Part shown: in pieces, positions 1 through 6,727 of the stretch
Layout: every line of letters begins with the position of its first letter
Numbering within the stretch: the stretch's first letter is position 1
DNA from: Segatella salivae DSM 15606
GTDB lineage: Bacteria; Bacteroidota; Bacteroidia; Bacteroidales; Bacteroidaceae
NCBI RefSeq assembly: GCF_000185845.1
Contig: NZ_GL629647.1
Location: 580,471 to 611,560 of the forward strand
Reading direction: 5' to 3'
Length of the DNA: 31,090 nt
Notes under the pieces: generated by a model
Databases searched by the model: none
What the model was told of the DNA's origin: nothing
The model's input: only the letters and a program-made list of their open reading frames with translations
Program-made: the position numbers and the translations under genes

Positions 1-1
1 A

Positions 2-178
2 AGAATTCTAGGTGATTACAATCTCAGCATCAAAGAAGTCATAATAGAAGATGAAATATTAAAATATAGTAGAGAAGAGTATCTTAAGTTATTCAATTAT
101 TCTGAGGAAATAAACACCTTACCACGCGTGTTTTATGAGCCTATTAGAATTCTTTTGGTAATTCATAATAAAGAATAA
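2..178 (+). CDS. 3' fragment (58 codons) of an unknown gene truncated by the window start
   Basis: The frame is open from the window edge to TAA at 176-178 (…GDYNLSIKEVIIEDEILKYSREEYLKLFNYSEEINTLPRVFYEPIRILLVIHNKE*). No recognisable motif. Confidence 0.25.
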   Translation, partial: RILGDYNLSIKEVIIEDEILKYSREEYLKLFNYSEEINTLPRVFYEPIRILLVIHNKE

Positions 179-419
179 CGCGCGAGATCCTAAATTGGCT
201 ATTACAACATTATTTATGATAGTTTAGAACGATTTGATCATTGGATAATCTCAAAAGCAAAGAATTATAAATTGATTGTAATGTAAACTGCTTTGAAGAT
301 ATTTCGTTGCGATGTCAGATTATTTTTACTTACAACATCAAATCAACTTCTGAAGTTCCAGCTTGCCTATTTAATCACGACTTCGGAGTGATTTAATCTC
401 CCCTTTTGGGGCAAGGGTC

Positions 420-452
420 TTTGTGGTACAAATGGCAATTTGTGGTACAAAG
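420..452. repeat. 13-bp direct repeat tttgtggtacaaa x2 (period 20) in a convergent intergenic region
   Basis: Copies at 420-432 and 440-452, each carrying a ggtacc-like core. Two hairpins lie just upstream: 373-393, aatcac…gtgatt with a c(uucg)g tetraloop, and 400-411, cccc tttt gggg. Confidence 0.5.
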
Positions 453-557
453 ACACACCTTGCTGTATCAAGAATGATATGGATAAGCCCTGCTGTGTTA
501 CTGCATTCACTGAATACAGTAACTCGGCGTAGGCTTGCATTCGAGGAATGCAGTACT

Positions 558-1064
558 TCAGAGTTTCCGCCATCTTTCCACATCATCTTTGTATTGGTCG
601 AGATGTTCTCGGAGCACCTGCTCCACATATCCTGAAACGCTTGCTCCCTGCTCACCGATTTTCCTCACCACGAAGTCCAACTTTCGTTGAGTTTCCTCTG
701 ATACATACACGGCTTTGCGGTGGCTGTTGCGAAAGGGCCGTAGATATTTCCCCTGAAACTCGGATAATTGCTTCCTGTCCCTTGTATTTCCCATTCGTTG
801 ATGATTCTCTTCGGTAGAAGTAGCCCTCTCCGTTGGTGACAACTCTGTTTCTTGATAGGACGGTTGAGAATAGTCCTTGTGACTCTCCTCGTCATTTTGT
901 TCCTCAACTTTAACAGGCTCAAATCTTTTCTTCTCCTCTTCATAATCTACGGGCTGGTCAAAATCGGGCAATTCCTCGGGCTTGCGGAGTTTTACGCCAT
1001 AATTTCCCATATCTCTGATGGCTTGCTCTAAAACGGCTTTTCTCTTTTCATCTATGGTCGGCAT
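558..1064 (-). CDS. DUF3408-like conjugative-transposon protein with a C-terminal ribbon-helix-helix-like segment
   Basis: 168-aa ORF. The acidic/Glu-rich middle and the C-terminus (RKAVYVSEETQRKLDFVVRKIGEQGASVSGYVEQVLREHLDQYKDDVERWRKL) match, from memory, the conserved tail of the DUF3408 family found in Bacteroides CTns. Confidence 0.55.
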   Translation of the reverse strand: MPTIDEKRKAVLEQAIRDMGNYGVKLRKPEELPDFDQPVDYEEEKKRFEPVKVEEQNDEESHKDYSQPSYQETELSPTERATSTEENHQRMGNTRDRKQLSEFQGKYLRPFRNSHRKAVYVSEETQRKLDFVVRKIGEQGASVSGYVEQVLREHLDQYKDDVERWRKL

Positions 1065-1366
1065 GGCTTCTTGTGTATTGGGTAATAATGTCTTTCAAGC
1101 ATGGCTTGTATGTCGCTCTGTTTGTAGAGTATCTTGCCACCGATTTTGCAGTAGGCAATCATGCCATTGTCCCGATAGTCCTGAAGCGTGCGGAGACTTA
1201 GCCGTAAAAGTTTGCAGACTTCCTCGCCTGTAAGGTAAACCTCTCCGCCCAACATCGGACGGGCCGTAGCACAATACCGCTCCAATTTCTTTAATATGCC
1301 CTCCATCAGTTGTGCAAACATCTGCATTTGAGGGTCTTGCTGTGTAATGATTTCATTCTCTTCCAT
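1052..1366 (-). CDS. Excisionase-family helix-turn-helix DNA-binding protein (mobile-element associated)
   Basis: 104 aa. The HTH segment LTGEEVCKLLRLSLRTLQDYRDNGMIAYCKIGGKILYKQSDIQAML follows the typical EVC..L.IS.RTLQ..RD.G...Y pattern of Bacteroides CTn HTH_17 proteins. Confidence 0.6.
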   Translation of the reverse strand: MEENEIITQQDPQMQMFAQLMEGILKKLERYCATARPMLGGEVYLTGEEVCKLLRLSLRTLQDYRDNGMIAYCKIGGKILYKQSDIQAMLERHYYPIHKKPCRP

Positions 1367-1369
1367 AGT

Positions 1370-1640
1370 TCATTCATTGTTTGAGTTCAATAACTCCGTG
1401 ACGTCGCTCTCCTTGTAATAGCATTTATGTCCAATCATGGAGAAAGGGATTTTACCCGTGTCGCGATAGGATTGCAGGGTGCGTTTGCTGATGCCCGAGC
1501 CTGCGGCATACGGCTTCATTGTCGAGCCATTCGTCCTTTTCGGGCGGATTGCCGATGAGTTGTTCGATACGATGAATAAAGTCTGCAAAGTCGGAGCTGT
1601 GCCGATCCCATGCCTTGCGGTCGATGATAATGAGTTTCAT
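1370..1640 (-). pseudogene. Frameshifted excisionase-family HTH gene; the intact product would be about 89 aa
   Basis: Two overlapping minus-strand ORFs (1452..1640 and 1370..1588) lie in frames offset by 1. Joining frame B (MKLIIIDRKAWDRHSSDFADFIHRIEQLIGNPPEKDEWLDNEAVCRRLG) to frame A (ISKRTLQSYRDTGKIPFSMIGHKCYYKESDVTELLNSNNE) reconstitutes the canonical family architecture. The shift maps to the short C/G run at plus-strand 1494-1497. Confidence 0.55.
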
Positions 1641-1811
1641 TTCCTTGATTTTGTTTTGATTACTTTATTGTTACTCGGCAAACAAACTCATATACAGTCT
1701 GTTGCCACTATTGTTGTGTGCAAAGGTAAGCGTAGAACTACATTGAACAAAGCAACGCAGAAAAGCAAGGATATAGAAGGAAGAGAAGAGAAGTTAGTCT
1801 GTTAGTCAGAA

Positions 1812-1825
1812 AAGCTTATAAGCTT
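1812..1825. repeat. 14-bp perfect palindrome aagcttataagctt
   Basis: Seen directly. Two overlapping aagctt hexamers make a dyad, placed about 170 bp upstream of the minus-strand HTH operon start at 1640. Confidence 0.6.
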
Positions 1826-1833
1826 TTTGTAAA

Positions 1834-1907
1834 TTGTACGTTGTCAAACAAAAGTGCACAACTGCAAATATTGTACGTTGTCAAACAAAAGTGCACAACT
1901 GCAAATA
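1834..1907. repeat. Perfect 37-bp tandem duplication (ttgtacgttgtcaaacaaaagtgcacaactgcaaata x2)
   Basis: Copy 1 at 1834-1870 and copy 2 at 1871-1907, identical at every base. Each unit contains a gtgcac palindrome. Confidence 0.9.
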
Positions 1908-2053
1908 TAGTTATTTACTCTGATATTTCATTGTTTTATTATCATAAATTCTTTTGTTGATTGTTTTTTGCTTTATAATTTCTCTTATCATTTTAATTTT
2001 CTCCCCTTGTCCTAAATATACGTCTTTGGGTGTGAGATTATCCAACGATTCAT

Positions 2054-2381
2054 GAAATGATTTTCGCCATGCGCGGAAACTCCAAACCTTTCGGGAAATG
2101 ACTTTCGCCGAGCGCGAAAATACCAAACCCTTCGGGAAATGACTTTCGCCATGCGCGGAAACACCAAACCATTTGGGAAATGATTTTCGCCGAGCGCGGA
2201 AATGCCAAACCATTCGGGAAATGACTTTCGCCAAGCGCGGAAATGCCAAACCTTTCGGGAAATGATTTTCGCCGAGCGCGGAAATGCCAAACCATTCGGG
2301 AAACGACTTTCGCCATGCGCGGAAATGCCAAACCATTCGGGAAATAACTTTCGCCAAGCGCGGAAACTCCAAACCTTTTGC
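2054..2381. repeat. Tandem array of eight 41-bp units (consensus gaaatgactttcgccgagcgcggaaatgccaaaccattcgg), with degenerate partial units at both flanks (about 2040-2416)
   Basis: Unit starts counted at 2054, 2095, 2136, 2177, 2218, 2259, 2300 and 2341, an exact 41-bp period. Units 4 and 6 are identical. Variation is confined to a few dinucleotide blocks. The period is not a multiple of 3, and all three minus-strand frames are stop-free across the array. Confidence 0.9.
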
Positions 2382-2593
2382 GGAATGAGTTGCGAGAGGC
2401 CCGCAAGCAATTTCACCAACTTAAAAATAAGCGAAAAGAGGAAAAGGTAAACAACAAAAACCAATGCAGGCAATGCATAAGAAAGAAAGGATGCCAGAAA
2501 CCAAACTACCCTCAAGAAGTAAACGACATCCAACAAAGTTCGTATTTTTTGCTTTTTAACCTTTTTCCATTCCCCACTTTTTCATTTTTTTAC

Positions 2594-2601
2594 TATCTTT
2601 G
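2594..2601 (+). promoter_or_regulatory. Bacteroidetes sigma-A -7 element TAtcTTTG upstream of the mmdA-like operon
   Basis: tatctttg matches the TAnnTTTG consensus, 78 bp upstream of ATG 2680, within an AT-rich tract. Confidence 0.5.
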
Positions 2602-2679
2602 CATCCGAAACTATAGTGTAATCATAAATGGGTTACTAATTGACATTAGGACAACAAAAGATTTAATTGATAAAAACTT

Positions 2680-4245
2680 ATGAGTAAGCAAGTAGAAAAG
2701 ATCAAACAGCTTATTGCAAAACGCGAAGAAGCTCGCCTGGGAGGTGGTCAGAAAGCTATCGACAAGCAGCACGAACGTGGTAAGTACACGGCACGCGAAC
2801 GTATTGAAATGTTAGTGGATGAAGGTAGTTTCGAAGAATATGATATGTTCAAATTGCATCGTTGTCATAACTTCGGCATGGAGAAAAAACAATACTTAGG
2901 TGATGGAGTTGTAGCTGGTTCGGCAACTATCGATGGTCGCTTGGTATACCTTTATGCACAGGATTTCACCGTTAATGGTGGCTCTTTGTCTGAGACTATG
3001 GCACAAAAGATTTGCAAGGTTATGGACATGGCAATGCGTATGGGAGCTCCCGTCATCGGCATGAATGACTCAGGTGGTGCACGTATTCAAGAAGGAATCT
3101 CGGCACTTGCTGGCTTTGGTGAGATTTTCGAACGCAACATTCTTGCCAGTGGAGTCGTTCCACAAATCAGTGCAATCATGGGGCCTTGTGCCGGTGGTGC
3201 AGTCTATTCACCCGCACTAACAGACTTTACCATTATGACCGAAGGCACTTCTTACATGTTCCTTACAGGTCCGAAGGTTGTTAAAACCGTTACAGGTGAA
3301 GAGATTGATGCAGAACATTTAGGTGGTGCAAGCGTACATGCGAGCAAGAGTGGTGTTACTCATTTCACGGCAAAGACCGAAGAGGAGTGCATGGAACTCA
3401 TTAAAACATTACTCTCATATATCCCATCTAATAACACAGAAACAGCTCCCCGTGTAGAATGTACCGACCCGATTGATCGTAAAGAAGACCTTCTCAACGA
3501 GATAATTCCAGAAGATCCTAATCAAGCTTACGACATGTATAAAGTCATCGGTGCAGTCGTTGACAATGGTGAATTCTTTGAAATCCAACCAAAATTTGCA
3601 AAGAACATCATCACAGGCTTTGCTCGTTTCAATGGTCAAAGCGTAGGTATTGTAGCCAACCAACCAGCTGCTTATGCAGGCGTTCTTGATGTAAATGCAA
3701 GTAGAAAGGGTGCACGTTTCGTGCGTTTCTGTGATGCCTTCAATATTCCAATCGTTAGTTTGGTAGATGTACCAGGTTTCTTGCCAGGAACAGGTCAGGA
3801 ATATAATGCTGTCATCCTTCACGGAGCACAACTTCTTTACGCTTATGGTGAGGCAACAGTACCAAAGATTACGATCAACCTTCGTAAGAGTTATGGTGGT
3901 TCTCACATCGTTATGGGTTGTAAACAACTTCGTTCTGACCTCAACTTTGCATGGCCTTCAGCCGAGATTGCAGTAATGGGTGCAAGCGGGGCTGTTGCTA
4001 TTCTTTGTGGCAAAGAAGCTAAAAAGATTAAGGAAGAAGGTGGAGATGTTAGAGCATTCCTTGCAGAAAAAGAAGAGGACTACACTGAAACATTTGCCAA
4101 TCCTTATCAAGCTGCACAATATGGTTACATTGATGATGTTATTGAACCACGCAACACACGTTTCCGTATTTGTCGCGGATTGGCTCAACTTGCAACCAAG
4201 CGCCAGGATATTCCTGCTAAGAAGCATGCCTGCATGCCTATGTAA
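2680..4245 (+). CDS. mmdA: Acyl-CoA carboxyltransferase (methylmalonyl-CoA decarboxylase alpha / propionyl-CoA carboxylase beta family)
   Basis: 521 aa with carboxyltransferase-domain hallmarks, for example the GGARIQEG-type oxyanion region (NDSGGARIQEGISALAGFGEIF) and the conserved C-terminal half. Confidence 0.85.
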   Translation: MSKQVEKIKQLIAKREEARLGGGQKAIDKQHERGKYTARERIEMLVDEGSFEEYDMFKLHRCHNFGMEKKQYLGDGVVAGSATIDGRLVYLYAQDFTVNGGSLSETMAQKICKVMDMAMRMGAPVIGMNDSGGARIQEGISALAGFGEIFERNILASGVVPQISAIMGPCAGGAVYSPALTDFTIMTEGTSYMFLTGPKVVKTVTGEEIDAEHLGGASVHASKSGVTHFTAKTEEECMELIKTLLSYIPSNNTETAPRVECTDPIDRKEDLLNEIIPEDPNQAYDMYKVIGAVVDNGEFFEIQPKFAKNIITGFARFNGQSVGIVANQPAAYAGVLDVNASRKGARFVRFCDAFNIPIVSLVDVPGFLPGTGQEYNAVILHGAQLLYAYGEATVPKITINLRKSYGGSHIVMGCKQLRSDLNFAWPSAEIAVMGASGAVAILCGKEAKKIKEEGGDVRAFLAEKEEDYTETFANPYQAAQYGYIDDVIEPRNTRFRICRGLAQLATKRQDIPAKKHACMPM

Positions 4246-4281
4246 TCCAAGTTGAAAACGAGAAATAATAACGTAAAAACA

Positions 4282-4434
4282 ATGGATAAAAATATATATG
4301 CAGCTATTGCCATGGCACTCTATGAGTTTGAAGGCAATAACGTTCACGACAATGAACCTGGAAAAATCACAATTGCTTTGCGTCCAACGCTATGGAATGC
4401 CAAGTTCTTGTCATTAACAAAGAAACCAAAATAG
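4282..4434 (+). CDS. Small conserved-position ORF between the carboxyltransferase and the biotin carrier; possibly a decarboxylase small subunit
   Basis: MDKNIYAAIAMALYEFEGNNVHDNEPGKITIALRPTLWNAKFLSLTKKPK. Its position mirrors the small MmdE/OadG-type genes in mmd operons. It is in-frame with the downstream BCCP gene, separated by a single TAG. Confidence 0.35.
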   Translation: MDKNIYAAIAMALYEFEGNNVHDNEPGKITIALRPTLWNAKFLSLTKKPK

Positions 4435-4437
4435 AGT

Positions 4438-4863
4438 ATGAAAGAGTTTAAATATACAATTGATGGCAAAGAATATAAGGTTGCTATCGGTGAAATTGAC
4501 GAGAATAACATTGCATCTGTAAATGTAAACGGCGAGGACTTCAAAGTCCAAATGGAAAAAGAAGCAGAACCCGAGAAGAAGAAAGTTGTGCTTGGTAAAC
4601 CTGCACAAACTGAGGAAACAGAAGCTACTCCATCAGCTAATGTCAACACAAACAATGCTGTTAAGGCGCCTCTCCCTGGTACAATCACAGCTATCAACGT
4701 TGAAGTTGGACAAGAGGTTAAGGCTGGAGATGCTGTTGTAGTACTTGAAGCAATGAAAATGGCCAATAATATTGAAGCAGAAAAAGATGGTAAGATTACA
4801 GCTATCTGCGTGAAAGTTGGTCAAACTGTTCTTGAAGAAGACCCACTTGTTGTGATTGAATAA
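4438..4863 (+). CDS. mmdC: Biotin carboxyl carrier protein (biotin/lipoyl attachment domain)
   Basis: 141 aa. Ala/Pro/Glu-rich linker followed by the biotinylation motif EAMKM ([21 protein letters not shown]). Confidence 0.8.
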   Translation: MKEFKYTIDGKEYKVAIGEIDENNIASVNVNGEDFKVQMEKEAEPEKKKVVLGKPAQTEETEATPSANVNTNNAVKAPLPGTITAINVEVGQEVKAGDAVVVLEAMKMANNIEAEKDGKITAICVKVGQTVLEEDPLVVIE

Positions 4864-4888
4864 CAAATGATAACTACATTATAAAGAA

Positions 4889-4924
4889 AAGGATATGCTT
4901 CACTTAAAGCATATCCTTTTTTAT
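4889..4924 (+). terminator. Rho-independent terminator after the biotin carrier gene
   Basis: Perfect 12-bp stem aaggatatgctt / aagcatatcctt (4889-4900 and 4907-4918), 6-nt loop, then ttttt. Confidence 0.8.
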
Positions 4925-5241
4925 ATTCTCATCTTCTTTGATTTAATAAGGAAATAAAAGGCTGGCAACATGAACTTCTATTTGATTAAAATCATAGGAT
5001 AATGCATATCAGAACATTATGCACTTATAATCAAATCATAATATCAAGTAAAAGTAAGATGAAAATTATATGTATCAAATTACTCCGTAAAATGCTTTAT
5101 ATTGATGCATAAACTGATAGAAATCATTCGATAATCTATAGCTATTTACTTCATCCAGCTTGACTCGTTATAAAAAAAGAGCAGAAGATTCACGCCTTTA
5201 TTCCCCCACCCTTATAAGATAACCCTATGCTAAAGGCAAAT

Positions 5242-5679
5242 TTAATGCGTTCCTCTCAACACCCAAATACCTCCAAAGAACATGAATAATGACCAGAGTG
5301 TGAGCAGCGCAAAACATAAGATTACAAAACCAAGTAACACTTTGGCCAACATATTTCGTCGTGACACTTCAACCAAAAATGCAATCGTTGAGGCAATAAA
5401 CCAAAAGTAACCACCGAAGATTGTAAATAACCAAACAAAAGGAATCGCCTCCATCCAACTTGCAGAATAAGGCTGACCAACGGGATGTTTGTCTATAAAC
5501 ACATAACAAACCACAGCTGTTATTAGGCATAAGATATTGCCAAAATAGATATATTTGAACAGCTGTCGTTTATGAATATACATCATTATAGCCAACAGAA
5601 TGATAAAAGTGATTGGCAAAAAAAAGCAAGATAAAATATTACTATCGTGTAACATAAGATTGATTATTATTAATTTCAT
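5242..5679 (-). CDS. Hypothetical multi-pass membrane protein
   Basis: 145 aa with several hydrophobic 20-residue segments. The true start may be the internal Met (MMYIHKRQ…). No recognisable motif. Confidence 0.45.
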   Translation of the reverse strand: MKLIIINLMLHDSNILSCFFLPITFIILLAIMMYIHKRQLFKYIYFGNILCLITAVVCYVFIDKHPVGQPYSASWMEAIPFVWLFTIFGGYFWFIASTIAFLVEVSRRNMLAKVLLGFVILCFALLTLWSLFMFFGGIWVLRGTH

Positions 5680-5716
5680 TCAGACAACTCATTCATGGTG
5701 GAGAGTTCTTTCAACT

Positions 5717-6634
5717 TCAATCATCCATGAAATGAGCTCCTTGCCTTATACCATGAGCTTGCATGTAACGACAAAGCAAGTTAGTAAACTCATAATTCTT
5801 CAATCCCCATTTCGGTGCAATCAAAAGATTGGCAGGAGATTGGCTAACGAAACGCTCTAAAACAAGTGTTGGCCGGAGATAAGAAATATAGTCTGCAACC
5901 AGCCGAATGTACTCTTCTACCGAATAAACATGAAAGGGAGTAGCCCGAAATTCAGCTGCTAACCGCGTGCCACGTATAATCTGCATTTGATGAATCTTAA
6001 GGATATCAAGAGGTAAAGAAGAGATAATCTTTGCCTGTCTTATGCTTTCTGCTGCATCTTCTCCAGGCAAACCAAGAATGATATGCCCACCACAAAGGAG
6101 TCCACATGCGTGAGTTTTCATAATCGCTTGTTGGCAACATGCAAAATCATGACCACGATTTATTCGCTTAAGCGTATCATCATTGACACTCTCTATACCA
6201 TATTCCACCAACACAAACGTATGCTTTTGCAGACCAACAAGATAGTCAAGCAATTCATCATTGACACAATCCGGGCGTGTACCAATAACAAGTCCGACAA
6301 CATCTTCTACCTGGAGGGCTTCTTCATAGAGGGCCTTTAACTGCTGAAGTGAAGCATAAGTGTTTGAATAGGCCTGGAAATAAGCTAAGTATTTCATGTC
6401 AGGATACTTATGAGAAAAGAAACTTTTACCCACTTCCAATTGTTCCGTTACAGACTTATGCCGGTCACAATAATTAGGATTGAAAGTCTGATTATTACAA
6501 TAAGTACATCCTCCTATACCGACATTTCCATCACGATTCGGACAGGAAAAGCCTGCATCAATACTTATTTTCTGTACTCTGAAAGGGAATTTCTTCCTTA
6601 TCCACGAAGAGAAATCATTGTAAAAACCATCCAT
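5717..6634 (-). CDS. Radical SAM protein, TIGR01212/YhcC-like family
   Basis: Cys cluster FSCPNRDGNVGIGGCTYC near the N-terminus. The start is trimmed to ATG at 6634 (MDGFYNDF…). The -7 motif taactttg on the minus strand (plus 6641-6648) lies immediately upstream, so the mRNA may be leaderless. Confidence 0.75.
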   Translation of the reverse strand: MDGFYNDFSSWIRKKFPFRVQKISIDAGFSCPNRDGNVGIGGCTYCNNQTFNPNYCDRHKSVTEQLEVGKSFFSHKYPDMKYLAYFQAYSNTYASLQQLKALYEEALQVEDVVGLVIGTRPDCVNDELLDYLVGLQKHTFVLVEYGIESVNDDTLKRINRGHDFACCQQAIMKTHACGLLCGGHIILGLPGEDAAESIRQAKIISSLPLDILKIHQMQIIRGTRLAAEFRATPFHVYSVEEYIRLVADYISYLRPTLVLERFVSQSPANLLIAPKWGLKNYEFTNLLCRYMQAHGIRQGAHFMDD

Positions 6635-6692
6635 TGCATGCAAAGTTATGAAAAAAGCAGGTAAACAACAAATGATTATCAAGGCTTTTTTG

Positions 6693-6700
6693 TAACTTTG
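6693..6700 (+). promoter_or_regulatory. -7 element TAacTTTG for the dipeptidyl-peptidase gene
   Basis: taactttg lies 16-28 bp upstream of the candidate ATGs at 6716 and 6728. Confidence 0.45.
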
Positions 6701-6727
6701 TAAACATAAAACAAAATGGTAATCAAT

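Larger units (their letters stand above)
1..1650. mobile_element. Partial, decayed Bacteroidetes integrative (CTn/mobilizable-transposon-like) element segment; the window starts inside it
   Basis: The gene content is typical of Bacteroides conjugative-transposon regulatory/excision modules: a DUF3408-like protein plus two small excisionase-type HTH proteins, one of them frameshifted. The right boundary is not defined; the repeat block at 1812-2400 may mark it. Confidence 0.4.

Noticed and set aside
373-411. Calling the UUCG and C4T4G4 hairpins intrinsic terminators
   Set aside because: Neither is followed by a U-tract on either strand.
2054-2381. CRISPR array interpretation of the 41-bp repeats
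   Set aside because: The entire 41-bp unit repeats head-to-tail with only point differences. There are no unique spacers between conserved repeats and no cas genes nearby, so this is a minisatellite-type tandem repeat, not CRISPR.
1911-2536. Overlapping minus-strand ORFs 1911..2372, 2012..2536 and 2050..2406, and plus-strand 2202..2450
   Set aside because: They are artefacts of a stop-free repeat read in three frames: the peptides are the same 41-aa period shifted between frames. The hydrophobic N-terminus of 2012..2536 comes from translating an A-rich spacer. Not called as genes, though a repeat protein cannot be fully excluded.
3415-3927. 170-aa minus-strand ORF inside mmdA
   Set aside because: Antisense shadow ORF within a strongly supported carboxyltransferase CDS.
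4432-4440. Programmed readthrough of the in-frame TAG between the small ORF and BCCP
   Set aside because: Sharing a frame has a one-in-three chance, and there is no readthrough context or evidence. Kept only as a note under the operon finding.
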